Assembly (NCBI GenBank): GCA_031411135.1
Contig: JANOAN010000006.1
Coordinates: 272 to 64,271 of the forward strand
From: a bacterium
GTDB lineage: Bacteria > Patescibacteriota > Minisyncoccia > Phycocordibacterales > CAIZLB01
Length of the DNA: 64,000 bases
Direction: 5' to 3'
In this document: piece after piece, positions 28,911-39,461 of the stretch
How positions within the stretch are numbered: the first letter of the stretch is position 1
Layout: every line of letters begins with the position of its first letter
Notes under the pieces: generated by a model
The model's input: the letters and a program-made list of their open reading frames with translations, nothing else
Databases searched by the model: none
What the model was told of the DNA's origin: nothing
Program-made: the position numbers and the translations under genes

Positions 28911-28942
28911 CAAAAACACCACCGTCAAAAGTGGTGTTTTTG
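28911..28942 (+). terminator. Terminator after the small basic protein
   Basis: CAAAAACACCAC / GTGGTGTTTTTG. Confidence 0.8.
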
Positions 28943-28975
28943 TGTTTAACCCCTCTGTGGTATAGTAGTTCCACT

Positions 28976-31525
28976 ATGTCGATTATATCCAAGATAGTAG
29001 GTACGCATTCATCTAGATTTATCAAGAAATACAAGAAAAACGTTGATGAGATCAATGGTTTAGAAGAGCACTTGAAACTGCTTACAAATGATGAATTAAA
29101 AGCAAAAACACCTGAATTAAGGGAGAAAATTGCCCATCTCGAATCAAATGGAAAAACCCTACAAGAGGCACTGTCCGCAGTTTTACCAGAAGCATTTGCA
29201 GTTGTTAGAGAAACTTCACATCGAGTGCGAAACCAAAGACACTATGATGTGCAGTTGATCGGTGGAATGATTTTGCACGATGGAAATATTGCTGAAATGA
29301 AAACCGGAGAAGGAAAAACTTTGATGGCGACATTGGCGGTTTATTTAAATGCTTTATCCGGTCGTGGTGTTCATGTCATTACAGTTAACGATTACTTAGC
29401 GCGAAGAGATGCAGTTTGGATGAGTGAAATTTATTCTTTCCTTGGATTAACAGTAGGTGTTGTAAATGATGACTCTTCTTTTCTATTCGATCCAGCGCAT
29501 GTTAATGAAGAAAAACTTGAATTAGAAATAAATGAAGTAGGATCTTTCAAAGTAAAGTATGAATTTTTAAAACCATGTGATAGGCATCAGGCTTATGCAG
29601 CAGATGTCACTTATGGAACTAACAGTCAGTTCGGATTTGATTACTTGCGTGACAATTTGGAAAAAAACACACAAGGTTTACGTCAGCGAGATTTTTACTA
29701 TGCAATTGTGGATGAAGTAGACTCTATTTTGATCGATGAATCTAGAACGCCACTTATCATTGCAATTCCATTTGCTGATTCAGATGACTTTTATAATACT
29801 TTTTCAAAAATTGCGAGAAGAATGTCAAAAGACGAACACTATACGGTAGATGAAAAATTTAGATCAATTGCACTTACAACAGCAGGAATAGACTTGGCAG
29901 AAAAAGAATTGGGCATGGGAAATATTTATAGTGAAGGAGGTATAAAATTTGTGCATCACTTAGAAAATGCTGTGAAGGCAAAAGCGCTTTATATAAAGGA
30001 TGTAGAATATGTGGTTAAAGATGACCAGGTTATTATTGTTGATCCATCAACTGGACGATTACAACCTGGACGACGTTGGAGCGAGGGATTGCATCAGGCA
30101 ATCGAGGCGAAGGAAAACGTAAAAATTAATCAAGAAACTCGTGCCTACGCTTCAATCACTTACCAAAACTATTTCCGATTGTACCCAAAACTAGCGGGTA
30201 TGACAGGAACTGCAATGACAAGCTCTGAAGAATTTTTGAAAGTGTACGGAATCGATACTATCGAGGTTCCGACTCATAGAAAGATTGTGCGCCAGGATCA
30301 CAGTGATCAAATTTTCCAAAACGAAAGTGGAAAGTTTAAAGCTATCTCGCGAAAGATTAAAGAATTAAATGCCAAAGGCCAGCCAGTCCTTGTTGGTACC
30401 GCTTCGATTGAAAAAAACCAATTGCTTTCTGAATACTTAAAAAAAGAGGGGATACCGCACACTCTTTTAAATGCAAAACCTGAATTTGCGGAAAGAGAAG
30501 GGGAAATTGTGGCACAAGCTGGACGAAAAGGTGCAGTTACAATTGCGACAAACATGGCAGGACGAGGAGTGGACATTAAATTGGGAGGTGTGCCTGCAAC
30601 AAAAGAGCAGTATGAAGAAGTTCGAGACCTTGGAGGATTGTTTGTGCTCGGAACTGAACGCCATGAAGCACGACGTATCGATAACCAGTTGCGCGGACGT
30701 TCTGGGCGACAAGGGGATCCGGGTGCCAGTCAATTTTTCGTATCATTTGATGACAATTTAATGCGTGTTTTTGCGAGCGACACTATTAAAAAAATGATGG
30801 TGCGCCTCAAAGTTCCAGAAGATGAAGCGATTACAAACATAATCGTGACTCGTGCTCTTGAAAGTGCCCAATCAAGAATCGAAGGACTTCATTTTGATTC
30901 TCGTCGTCATGTTTTGGAATACGATGATGTGTTAAACCAACAGAGAAAGAGGGTGTATGAACGCCGACGCAGGATATTAATAGGGGATGCATCAGTTGTC
31001 TCTGAAGAGCTCGAACGAATCCTTTCAAACTCAACACTTGAAGCAAAAAATAAAATCCAAGAAAAGAGAAACGCTATGGGTGAACATCCATTTTTGAATA
31101 CTGTCCGCGGAGCAATCCTTCAAACGGTGGATTTGTTCTGGGTAGATCACTTGGAAATCATGGACTACATGCGTTCTAGTGTTGGTTTGAGAGCCTACGG
31201 CCAGCGTGACCCGTTGGTTGAGTACAAACGAGAAGGTTTGCGTCTATTTAAACAAATGGAAGCTGGCGTTGATGCTGAAATTATCCGAACACTTGAAAAT
31301 GTCACGGCCGAGATTGGAGTAGGTGAAAATGTACGAACTGTTGAATTAAAACCGAACGCTGATTCGTATAATCCTATCACTGGCGAAATCGCTCAAAATA
31401 TTGAAAATATGAAGTCTGCAAAAGCCGCAGTAAAAAATCAGGAAGGAGACAAGGTTGGAAGAAATGATCCTTGTCCATGTGGGAGTGGTAAGAAGTATAA
31501 AAAGTGCCACGGAATTAACGCTTAG
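28976..31525 (+). CDS. secA: Preprotein translocase ATPase SecA
   Basis: Motifs EMKTGEGKT, DEVDSILIDE, IATNMAGRG, QLRGRSGRQGDPG and C-terminal GRNDPCPCGSGKKYKKCH. Confidence 0.99.
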   Translation: MSIISKIVGTHSSRFIKKYKKNVDEINGLEEHLKLLTNDELKAKTPELREKIAHLESNGKTLQEALSAVLPEAFAVVRETSHRVRNQRHYDVQLIGGMILHDGNIAEMKTGEGKTLMATLAVYLNALSGRGVHVITVNDYLARRDAVWMSEIYSFLGLTVGVVNDDSSFLFDPAHVNEEKLELEINEVGSFKVKYEFLKPCDRHQAYAADVTYGTNSQFGFDYLRDNLEKNTQGLRQRDFYYAIVDEVDSILIDESRTPLIIAIPFADSDDFYNTFSKIARRMSKDEHYTVDEKFRSIALTTAGIDLAEKELGMGNIYSEGGIKFVHHLENAVKAKALYIKDVEYVVKDDQVIIVDPSTGRLQPGRRWSEGLHQAIEAKENVKINQETRAYASITYQNYFRLYPKLAGMTGTAMTSSEEFLKVYGIDTIEVPTHRKIVRQDHSDQIFQNESGKFKAISRKIKELNAKGQPVLVGTASIEKNQLLSEYLKKEGIPHTLLNAKPEFAEREGEIVAQAGRKGAVTIATNMAGRGVDIKLGGVPATKEQYEEVRDLGGLFVLGTERHEARRIDNQLRGRSGRQGDPGASQFFVSFDDNLMRVFASDTIKKMMVRLKVPEDEAITNIIVTRALESAQSRIEGLHFDSRRHVLEYDDVLNQQRKRVYERRRRILIGDASVVSEELERILSNSTLEAKNKIQEKRNAMGEHPFLNTVRGAILQTVDLFWVDHLEIMDYMRSSVGLRAYGQRDPLVEYKREGLRLFKQMEAGVDAEIIRTLENVTAEIGVGENVRTVELKPNADSYNPITGEIAQNIENMKSAKAAVKNQEGDKVGRNDPCPCGSGKKYKKCHGINA

Positions 31526-32219
31526 CACGAAAAGTCATCTTGAAAAACCCCTGCATGTATTTCCAAAGTATATGCAAAAGTCCCTTTTCTTTAAACCTAC
31601 GAGCAGAACTTTCCATTATTAAATCCTTATCAAAAAATACCATTCCTTCCTTGGATAATTTCTTAGCTAAGTCAGTATCATCTCCATAAAATATAATTTT
31701 TCTATCAAACCCTCCAATTTTTTCTAAAGTAGTTCTTCGTGAAATACTATTTCCTCCGATCATAATTGCTCCGTGATTTAAAAAATCTAAGACATGGTGT
31801 GTGGCACTATATATGTATCTCTGGAATGCCAATGTAACTTTTCTAAAAAACCAACCACCATCGTAATAATCGTACGGTCCAGTCAGTCCTACAATTTTTG
31901 GATCTTGAAATCGTGCGACAATTCTTTCAACCCAATCAGGATTAGGAATGCAATCTGCATCCACTCTAGCAACCAAGTCTCCTGTGGTGGCTTGCCTCCC
32001 AGTCTCGAGTGTGTTATTTGTTCCTCTCTCTTTTTCAAACAAAGTAATTGCACCCAGAGACTTAGCCACCTCTCCCGTGTTGTCCGTACTGTTGTTATCA
32101 ATAACGATTATCTGCAGAGGCTTCACAGTTTGTTCGTTCAAGGCTTTCAAAATAACAGGAATATTTTTGCTCTCATTAAAAGCAGGGATAATAACACTAA
32201 CAGTAAGTGGATTATTCAT
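31515..32219 (-). CDS. Glycosyltransferase family 2
   Basis: Motifs SVIIPAFNE, DNNSTD, VDAD and SSARRF. Confidence 0.9.
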   Translation of the reverse strand: MNNPLTVSVIIPAFNESKNIPVILKALNEQTVKPLQIIVIDNNSTDNTGEVAKSLGAITLFEKERGTNNTLETGRQATTGDLVARVDADCIPNPDWVERIVARFQDPKIVGLTGPYDYYDGGWFFRKVTLAFQRYIYSATHHVLDFLNHGAIMIGGNSISRRTTLEKIGGFDRKIIFYGDDTDLAKKLSKEGMVFFDKDLIMESSARRFKEKGLLHILWKYMQGFFKMTFRAKR

Positions 32220-32808
32220 TGGTTTTCTTGATGATTAATTGGTGAATATGTTTTCCGATTCTATAAGTTATAAATAAGATAATTAACGCACCTCCGATTA
32301 GGAATAGCTTACCATTTATATTCTTTATGGTAATAAATAAATGACTGAATGAAAAGCCTAAAGCCATAAGGAATCCAGTCCAGATAAATCCACCAAAGAA
32401 GTTTAGTAGACAGTATCTCTTGAAGGGGATTTTTACCAAGCCGGCTGTAAAGAGGACGACTGGAGCAAATCCGAATCCGGTTGTGAGTTTTGAAATAAAT
32501 AAAATTGAAGTGTGATATTTATGGAAGTACTTTTCTATCATTGCTATATTTTTATCATTTAGTCCCATAAATCTTCCGAACCTACTGTGCGCTATTTTCA
32601 TGCCTCCTTTTCTTCCTAAAAAATACCAAATTATGTCTGCAATGAAATCCCCAATGACTAATGCAAAATAAGCTGGCCAAAGTGACAAGACCTCTGCTCT
32701 GACCAAAAACCCAGAAACAGCCATGACGATAGGACCTTCAGGGATGGCGAGTAGGGCGATGAGAATATATTTATAATCTAGATAGAGGAAGGGTAACCAG
32801 GAAGGCAT
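32212..32808 (-). CDS. DedA/VTT-domain membrane protein
   Basis: EGP, GDFIADIIWYFLGR and AGLVKIPFKRY. Confidence 0.88.
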   Translation of the reverse strand: MPSWLPFLYLDYKYILIALLAIPEGPIVMAVSGFLVRAEVLSLWPAYFALVIGDFIADIIWYFLGRKGGMKIAHSRFGRFMGLNDKNIAMIEKYFHKYHTSILFISKLTTGFGFAPVVLFTAGLVKIPFKRYCLLNFFGGFIWTGFLMALGFSFSHLFITIKNINGKLFLIGGALIILFITYRIGKHIHQLIIKKTNE

Positions 32809-32855
32809 ATGATTAAGTATAGCTCTTTGCCCCTCACTGCGCTACAATTTATTTT

Positions 32856-34037
32856 ATGCCACCTGTAGCCGTCCACCAAAAGTACACTTATTTTCCAGCC
32901 TTGGATATACTACGTTTTTTAGCTTTCATGCTTGTTTTTATCTCGCATGCGGCGTTTTTTTTCGGTTACAACAATACTTCCTTGAAGTGGGAAAAGTTCA
33001 GGGAGATTTTCTTGACCCACGGAGATTTAGGCGTCACCTTCTTTTTTGTCTTAAGTGGATTTCTCATTACTTATCTATTAATGAGCGAAAAGTATCAGAA
33101 AGGGGAGATAGATATTAAAAAGTTTTATGTCCGTCGATTACTTCGAATTTGGCCTGTATATTTTTTAACTATTTTGATAGCAGTTTGGGTTTTACCATTT
33201 TTTGTGGAGTTAATGGGCTTGAGAGATAAATTACCTTTTGATATTTTCTCTGGATTGCAAAGCTATCCTTGGTATGTATTTTTTGTCGGAAATTTCAATA
33301 TGTTTTTAAATACTCCACCGTCAGTGACCCTTGCGATCTTGTGGTCAATTTCTGTTGAAGAGCAGTTCTACCTTTTGTGGCCATTGGTTGTGAAGTTTAT
33401 AAAGAGAAAGTATTTGATTGTATTGCTGGCCTCTGTCATTCTAGTTTCGATAATTTATCGTTTTAACAATGCTTATGATTACAATACAGTAGAATACTCC
33501 ACTTTTTCTGTTATGTCTGACATTGCAATCGGTTGTATCGTAGCTTGGCTTTTTGTTGAAAAAAACAAAATAATCTTGTGGGTAAAAAGCTTGAGTCGTC
33601 TAAAGTCCTTTCTCTTCTGCTACTTAACTTTAACTGTTCTTGTTTTATCGCGATCGTTTATTTATGATGTTGACCCAGAGTGGGCGAGGCGCGCGCTTAT
33701 TGCGATTGAGCCGGTTGTCTTTGCTATTTTATTCTCATTCATCATTGCGCGCCTCGCTCTACTTCGCGATCGATTTGCTTTAGGTCAAAACCCAATCCAG
33801 AAAATACTTATATATTTAGGCAGAATTTCATACGGTCTGTATTGCTACCATATGATTGTGTTGGTGGGAGTTTTAGCTATTCTTTATCAGGGAGGATATG
33901 AGACTATTTATCAATCCATTCCGCAGCTTCTGGCTGTATTTTTCTGTACTTTTTTTATAGTAGTTATCATCTCGATGGCTTCTTATCACTTTATTGAGAG
34001 GAGGGTTTTGAAGTTGAAGAAAAACTTCCAGTGGTAA
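32856..34037 (+). CDS. Acyltransferase family 3 (OafA-like)
   Basis: Motifs LDILR, FFVLSGFLI, RRLLRIWP, WSISVEEQFY and ISYGLYCYH. Confidence 0.93.
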   Translation: MPPVAVHQKYTYFPALDILRFLAFMLVFISHAAFFFGYNNTSLKWEKFREIFLTHGDLGVTFFFVLSGFLITYLLMSEKYQKGEIDIKKFYVRRLLRIWPVYFLTILIAVWVLPFFVELMGLRDKLPFDIFSGLQSYPWYVFFVGNFNMFLNTPPSVTLAILWSISVEEQFYLLWPLVVKFIKRKYLIVLLASVILVSIIYRFNNAYDYNTVEYSTFSVMSDIAIGCIVAWLFVEKNKIILWVKSLSRLKSFLFCYLTLTVLVLSRSFIYDVDPEWARRALIAIEPVVFAILFSFIIARLALLRDRFALGQNPIQKILIYLGRISYGLYCYHMIVLVGVLAILYQGGYETIYQSIPQLLAVFFCTFFIVVIISMASYHFIERRVLKLKKNFQW

Positions 34038-34069
34038 ATAAAAAACACCCTTTCGGGTGTTTTTTATTT
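34036..34069. terminator. Bidirectional terminator
   Basis: AAATAAAAAACACCC-TTTC-GGGTGTTTTTTATTT between convergent genes. Confidence 0.85.
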
Positions 34070-34080
34070 GTAATAAGTGT

Positions 34081-34608
34081 TTACTTCAATATCGAATCGG
34101 CAATAGATCCATCAGAAGCTTCATCACTGGCTTCGGCGTTTGTTCCTCCACAAGTTTTGATACTAGAAGCATAAGTTTTCATTGTACTCTTCTCGTTTGT
34201 TCTTAAAGCTTCAAACGCAGCTTTTACTGCTTTTCGGTAATTAGTTCGAGCTGCTGTTCGAGCCTCCTGTCGTGCCTTCTTGGTTGTTTGATCAAAGGAT
34301 GCTTTAACGGCATCTTCACGAGCAGATAGAGCAGTGCTCATAGAGCTTGAAAAAGTTCCATATATAGTAACCAAAGATGCCTTTCGGACATCAACAGCAG
34401 CCTTTGCACAAGTAGAATTAACCATGTTTGTACTAGAAGCATTTGCTCGGTCACGAAGAAGTGGGCGGGTAGTCGAGGCGTTCATCCTATTTTCAATGCG
34501 ATCCCCCATCTTTTTAATTGGGCGGGTAGTTGTTCCTTCCGCGAGCGCCACGCTTGCAGTTAAGGCGAAAGCTAATGTTAATGTCCCTAAAATTGTGTTT
34601 CTAATCAT
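34081..34608 (-). CDS. Secreted alpha-helical hypothetical protein
   Basis: Signal peptide ending in ALA, NASTT/NASST repeats, Ala/Lys-rich helices and two Cys. Confidence 0.75.
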   Translation of the reverse strand: MIRNTILGTLTLAFALTASVALAEGTTTRPIKKMGDRIENRMNASTTRPLLRDRANASSTNMVNSTCAKAAVDVRKASLVTIYGTFSSSMSTALSAREDAVKASFDQTTKKARQEARTAARTNYRKAVKAAFEALRTNEKSTMKTYASSIKTCGGTNAEASDEASDGSIADSILK

Positions 34609-34663
34609 GTTTGTGTTTTAAGCTACTTAATAAATCTTATGATTTGTATTATAGTATAGGTAT

Positions 34664-35701
34664 ATGAAACCACAAGGCGTAAATTTGACTTATTTCGTGA
34701 TTATTATATTAGCAGTATTAGCGGTAGCTCTTTATGTATTATGGCCATTCGTCGGAGTACTTGCCATTGCAGGAATCTTGGCAGTAGTGCTCGGTCCTGT
34801 CTATCGATATTTCCTAGCAAAAGTAAAAGGTAGAAAAACCTTAGCTACAAGTATTACTTTAGTGTTGTTTCTATTTGCCATTATATTACCGTTGATCTTT
34901 ATCATGCAAAGTGTCTTTGTAGAATCTAGCAATTTTTATGTATCCTTGAGCAACCGTAACGTAGTTTCGTTTGAAAAGATAAACACAGTTGTTGAGTCGT
35001 ATACTAAAAAATTGTTTCCTCAATTCAATTTCGATGCCAGAGAAAAACTGGTTCAGTTTTCTCTATACATAGTAGACCATCTAGGAGCGTTTTTTGCTGG
35101 TGCCGCCTCCTTTGGTTTAAAATTGTTTTTATCAATGTTCGCTTTGTTTTATTTCTTGCGTGACGGAGACAAATTCAAAGAGCATATTATGGTCCTATCT
35201 CCACTTCCTAGAAAGGACGATGAAAGGGTACTTGATTCATTGAAGACTTCGATAAATTCAATTGTAGTAGGCTCGGTTACAGTGGCAGCTCTTCAGGCGG
35301 CTGTCATCTGGATAGGTTTCCTAATTTTCGGCGTTCCCAATCCCGCACTCTGTGCCATTATCGTAGCTTTGGCAGCTTTGTTTCCAGGTGTAGGTCCAAG
35401 TATTGTTTGGATACCGGCAACTATTTATTTGTTTATTTTTGGAGGAAACTTCCCGTATGCGTGGATTGGTTTTGTGATTTATTGCCCAATTTTGTTTACC
35501 TTTAACGATACTTTCCTTGGACCAAAACTTATTGAAAAAGGATCGAATATACACCCTCTACTTATATTGTTCTCGATTTTAGGAGGGGTGGTAGCTTTCG
35601 GTCCAGAAGGTTTAATATTAGGCCCAACGATTTTAGCATTCCTGTTCACTCTTATTCGTGTTTATCAAGATTATGCCAAAGAAAGATCAGTCCAAGCCTA
35701 A
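34664..35701 (+). CDS. AI-2E family transporter
   Basis: FYFLRDG, FGVPN and IHPLLILFSILGG..FGPEGLILGP. Confidence 0.92.
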   Translation: MKPQGVNLTYFVIIILAVLAVALYVLWPFVGVLAIAGILAVVLGPVYRYFLAKVKGRKTLATSITLVLFLFAIILPLIFIMQSVFVESSNFYVSLSNRNVVSFEKINTVVESYTKKLFPQFNFDAREKLVQFSLYIVDHLGAFFAGAASFGLKLFLSMFALFYFLRDGDKFKEHIMVLSPLPRKDDERVLDSLKTSINSIVVGSVTVAALQAAVIWIGFLIFGVPNPALCAIIVALAALFPGVGPSIVWIPATIYLFIFGGNFPYAWIGFVIYCPILFTFNDTFLGPKLIEKGSNIHPLLILFSILGGVVAFGPEGLILGPTILAFLFTLIRVYQDYAKERSVQA

Positions 35702-36620
35702 ATTAATCGTCACACATTCCGCAAATTTTCACGTCGATGATGTTTTTGGAACTGCTTGTGTAATTTTGTTAATGGAGAAAAAGGGGTTTAAGTATAAAGT
35801 TAAAAGATCACTTGATCCAAAGGTTTGGGCAGAAGGAGATATTGTGCTTGATATTGGACGTGTTTATAATCCAAGTAAAAACAGATTTGATCATCATCAG
35901 GATTTGAAAATCACGCATAAAAATGGAATAAAATATGCAGCTTTTGGTTTGGTTTGGAAAAAGTACGGTAAGTTTTTATGCGGAAGTCAGAAAGTGGCAG
36001 ATAGGGTGGAGGAGAAGTTGGTTATTCCAGTTGATGCGGAGGATAATGGGGTGGATTTGTACAAACCGATTATTGATGGAGTGAAACCATTTGGACTTAA
36101 AGATATTATAGAAAACGAATGTTCAGTCGGGTTTTTTGGGAATAACTCATCGAAGGAAGATCCAAAAAGATTTGATAAAAGTTTTATGAATCTTTTACCG
36201 TTTGCGAAATTTATTATTGAAAGTGCAATTGAAGAATCTAAAAATTATTCCCGCACTGAAAAAATTGCCGAGAAATGTTTTAAGGAAGCTAAAGATAAGC
36301 GTGTTTTAATACTCCCGCAATTTTTAGGATACGGTTTTTCAAAAATGAAGGAACCTCTGGTGACTATATACCCAGATGCCCGTGGAAACTGGTCTGCAAA
36401 AACAGTCAGAGTTAACCCTGGACAGTTTGATTCTAGAATTTACTTTCCGAAATCATGGGCAGGTTTGAATGGTGATGAAATGGCAAAGGTTTCAGGTGTG
36501 CCCGATGCACACTTTTGCCATAAAGGATTATTTCTAGCAGTCGCAAAGACAAAAGAAGGTGCCATCGCCCTTGTAAACGCTATGTTTAAGGAAGCCGGCT
36601 TTTTACCTGTAAAAGTCTAA
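35673..36620 (+). CDS. MYG1-family (DHH-like) protein
   Basis: VTHSANFHVDD, DIGRVY, RFDHHQ, AAFGLVWK, DAEDNG, FPKSWAGL and FCHKGLF. Confidence 0.88.
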   Translation: MPKKDQSKPKLIVTHSANFHVDDVFGTACVILLMEKKGFKYKVKRSLDPKVWAEGDIVLDIGRVYNPSKNRFDHHQDLKITHKNGIKYAAFGLVWKKYGKFLCGSQKVADRVEEKLVIPVDAEDNGVDLYKPIIDGVKPFGLKDIIENECSVGFFGNNSSKEDPKRFDKSFMNLLPFAKFIIESAIEESKNYSRTEKIAEKCFKEAKDKRVLILPQFLGYGFSKMKEPLVTIYPDARGNWSAKTVRVNPGQFDSRIYFPKSWAGLNGDEMAKVSGVPDAHFCHKGLFLAVAKTKEGAIALVNAMFKEAGFLPVKV

Positions 36621-36643
36621 ATTTGTGATATAGTCTCTACATC

Positions 36644-37612
36644 ATGCATTTCGTAGACGAACTCACATTAAGGTTAAAGGCAGGAAGGGGTGGTGACGGC
36701 GTAGTCCGCTGGCTTTCTGAAAAATTTAAAGAATACTCTGGCCCTGCAGGAGGAGATGGTGGAAACGGGGGAGATGTCATTGCGCGTGCAGTCCGCAATA
36801 CTTTTCTCTTGGGAAAATACGCTCATATTAAAGAGATGCTCGCAGAAAACGGTATGCCCGGAGAGAACCGCAGTAAAAAAGGGAGACAAGGTGAAGATTT
36901 AATTATTGATTTTCCAATCGGCAGTATTCTTACAAATAATGATACTGGAGAAGTTTACAGATTAGACGAAGATGCTCAGACTGTTGCGTTGTTGAAAGGA
37001 GGAAAGGGCGGATATGGAAATGAACACTTCAAAGCTTCAACAAATACTAAACCTGAAGAATCAACTAGAGGAAGAGAGGGTGGTGAGGGAACTTTTTCTA
37101 TAGAGGTAGAAATCATTGCATCGGCAGGACTCATCGGACTTCCAAATGCTGGAAAGACATCACTCTTGAATGCTTTAACAAATGCCAATGCAAAAATTGG
37201 TGCGTACCAATTCACCACGCTAGAACCAAATCTCGGAGATTTGTACGGACACATTTTGGCAGACATTCCAGGTTTAATCGAAGGAGCATCGGAAGGGAAA
37301 GGGTTAGGTCATAAGTTCTTGCGACATATCAAAAGAACGCAAATGTTAATCCACTGTATTTCAAGTGAAAATGAAAATCTATTTGAAACATATGAAGTTA
37401 TCCGCGAAGAGTTGGAGGATTTTGATAAAGAACTTTTAGAGAAAGAGGAAATTATTGTTGTGACCAAAATGGATATTTTAGGTATAGAAGAAACAGAGAA
37501 AAAAGCTAAAGCCGTCAAAGAATGGAAAGGTAAGAAGGTCTTTGTCATTTCAGTTTACGACATTGATTCGATTAAAAAGTTTAGCGATTCACTTGTGAAA
37601 TTGCTAAAATAA
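36644..37612 (+). CDS. obg: GTPase Obg/CgtA
   Basis: Gly-rich N-domain (FVDE..AGRGGDG), GLPNAGKT, FTTLEPNLG and ADIPGLIEGA. Confidence 0.97.
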   Translation: MHFVDELTLRLKAGRGGDGVVRWLSEKFKEYSGPAGGDGGNGGDVIARAVRNTFLLGKYAHIKEMLAENGMPGENRSKKGRQGEDLIIDFPIGSILTNNDTGEVYRLDEDAQTVALLKGGKGGYGNEHFKASTNTKPEESTRGREGGEGTFSIEVEIIASAGLIGLPNAGKTSLLNALTNANAKIGAYQFTTLEPNLGDLYGHILADIPGLIEGASEGKGLGHKFLRHIKRTQMLIHCISSENENLFETYEVIREELEDFDKELLEKEEIIVVTKMDILGIEETEKKAKAVKEWKGKKVFVISVYDIDSIKKFSDSLVKLLK

Positions 37613-37627
37613 TTTATATTTAAAGGC

Positions 37628-39067
37628 ATGATTACTGCTCCATCCGGAAAAATCTATAAACCAACAATTGGCTTGGAAATCCATGCTGAATTAAAGACTG
37701 CTTCGAAAATGTTCTGTGCTTGTAAAAACAATCCAGACGAGGAAAAGCCGAATGTAAATGTGTGTCCGATTTGTATGGGACACCCTGGAACTTTGCCTGT
37801 TATAAATAAAAAGGCGGTTGAACATGTGATTCGCGTAGGTCATGCGGCGGGTTCTAAGATTGCAGATTTTACAGAATGGGATCGAAAGAACTATTTTTAC
37901 CCTGATATTCCAAAGGGTTATCAAATTAGCCAGTATGCATACCCGTTAATTACAGGTGGGCAAATTGCCGGAGTCGAACTTACTCGAATCCACTTGGAAG
38001 AAGACACTGCGAGCTCTCAGCACGATAAGGGGGACTTTAGTTTAGTTGATTTTAATCGATCAAGTTTACCTTTGATGGAACTTGTAACTGAGCCTGTAAT
38101 TCATGATGCAGAAACAGCTTCACGATTTGCAAAGGAACTGCAATTACTCCTTAGATATTTGGGAGCAGGTGAGGCTAATATGGAAAAAGGGGAAATGCGA
38201 GTAGAGGTAAACATTTCTGTTTCGGACACTGATAAATTTGGTACAAAGGTAGAGGTAAAAAACATCAACTCATTCAAAGCAGTTGAAAAATCGATTGCAT
38301 ACGAAATTGAAAGACATATTGATTTGATTGAAAGAGGAGAGAAAATTGTGCAGGAAACCAGAGGTTTTGATGAATCAACTGGAAAAACTTTTTCACAGCG
38401 GGCAAAGGAGGATTCCCATGACTATCGATATTTTCCAGATCCTGATCTTCCTAAACTTTTCATTTCTGAAATTCCAGAATTCCAACCGGATGTAATTAAA
38501 AAAAGTTTGCCAGAATTGCCATGGGAGAAAAGAGGTCGGTATAAGTCTGTATTTAATATGAAGGACGAGGACGCGGAGATGTTTGTGCAGGATGAGATTT
38601 TTAGAAAGTTTTTTGAAGAGGTTGTTAGTGTTTTAGGTAATGATGCGGATTTAATCAAACTTGCAATTAACTATACGACCAGTGATATCGCTGGTTTTGT
38701 TAAAAAGTTTACTGATAAGGGTATTGTAATTGGTACTGAAAACTTTGCAGAATTAATTACCATGATTAAAGCAGGGGAATTATCATCTCGCTCGGCAAAA
38801 GATATTCTTGTGATGATTTGGGATAACGGAAATGAATCTCCTAAAAAACTTGCTGAACAACACGGAATGATCCAAAAGAACGACCCAGAAGCGCTTGAAA
38901 AAATGATTCGAGAACTTATCACTGCTAATCCAAACGTTGTTGCTGATTTTAAGGCTGGCAAGCAAGCTGCGCTACAATTTTTTATCGGTCAGATAATGAA
39001 GTTAACTAAAGGCTCTGTAAACCCACAAGTGGCTCAAGAGGCGGTGAAAAAGCTTTTAAGTGAGTAG
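37628..39067 (+). CDS. gatB: Asp/Glu-tRNA amidotransferase subunit B
   Basis: Motifs IGLEIHAEL, RKNYFYPD, HLEED and YRYFPDPDLP. Confidence 0.98.
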   Translation: MITAPSGKIYKPTIGLEIHAELKTASKMFCACKNNPDEEKPNVNVCPICMGHPGTLPVINKKAVEHVIRVGHAAGSKIADFTEWDRKNYFYPDIPKGYQISQYAYPLITGGQIAGVELTRIHLEEDTASSQHDKGDFSLVDFNRSSLPLMELVTEPVIHDAETASRFAKELQLLLRYLGAGEANMEKGEMRVEVNISVSDTDKFGTKVEVKNINSFKAVEKSIAYEIERHIDLIERGEKIVQETRGFDESTGKTFSQRAKEDSHDYRYFPDPDLPKLFISEIPEFQPDVIKKSLPELPWEKRGRYKSVFNMKDEDAEMFVQDEIFRKFFEEVVSVLGNDADLIKLAINYTTSDIAGFVKKFTDKGIVIGTENFAELITMIKAGELSSRSAKDILVMIWDNGNESPKKLAEQHGMIQKNDPEALEKMIRELITANPNVVADFKAGKQAALQFFIGQIMKLTKGSVNPQVAQEAVKKLLSE

Positions 39068-39088
39068 TGTGCTGTCAGAATAATTAAC

Positions 39089-39097
39089 TTATCCACA
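39089..39097 (+). promoter_or_regulatory. Perfect DnaA box
   Basis: TTATCCACA, intergenic. Confidence 0.45.
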
Positions 39098-39147
39098 CTA
39101 GGAAAAGACTATTTAAACAGAAGGAGAAAAATGCTAATATTAAGGAC

Positions 39148-39375
39148 ATGAAAATATATACATTATTGACCCCATTTGTAATAGGAGTTTTTTTAACAGT
39201 TTTTGTTTACCAAGCTTTCACAATTTACCAATTACGTTCAGTTGTAGTTGAAGATCATACAAATTTGACTCAGGTAGTGAACTTTTTAAATTCTCAAATT
39301 CAGGCTTCTCAAGCTCAACAAGGCGCGTCAAACAAGCCTCAAGCTGTCAGTACAGTTACTTCTACTAAAAAGTAG
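39148..39375 (+). CDS. Small single-TM protein
   Basis: N-terminal TM segment and Gln/Ser-rich tail; TGnTAATAT lies 7 nt before the ATG. Confidence 0.7.
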   Translation: MKIYTLLTPFVIGVFLTVFVYQAFTIYQLRSVVVEDHTNLTQVVNFLNSQIQASQAQQGASNKPQAVSTVTSTKK

Positions 39376-39461
39376 CATATAATCTCAGTGGAGATGCAAC
39401 AAAGCCTATTTTAAGGTAAAATTGGCTTATTCTTATTAAGTATTAATTTTACACACAAACC

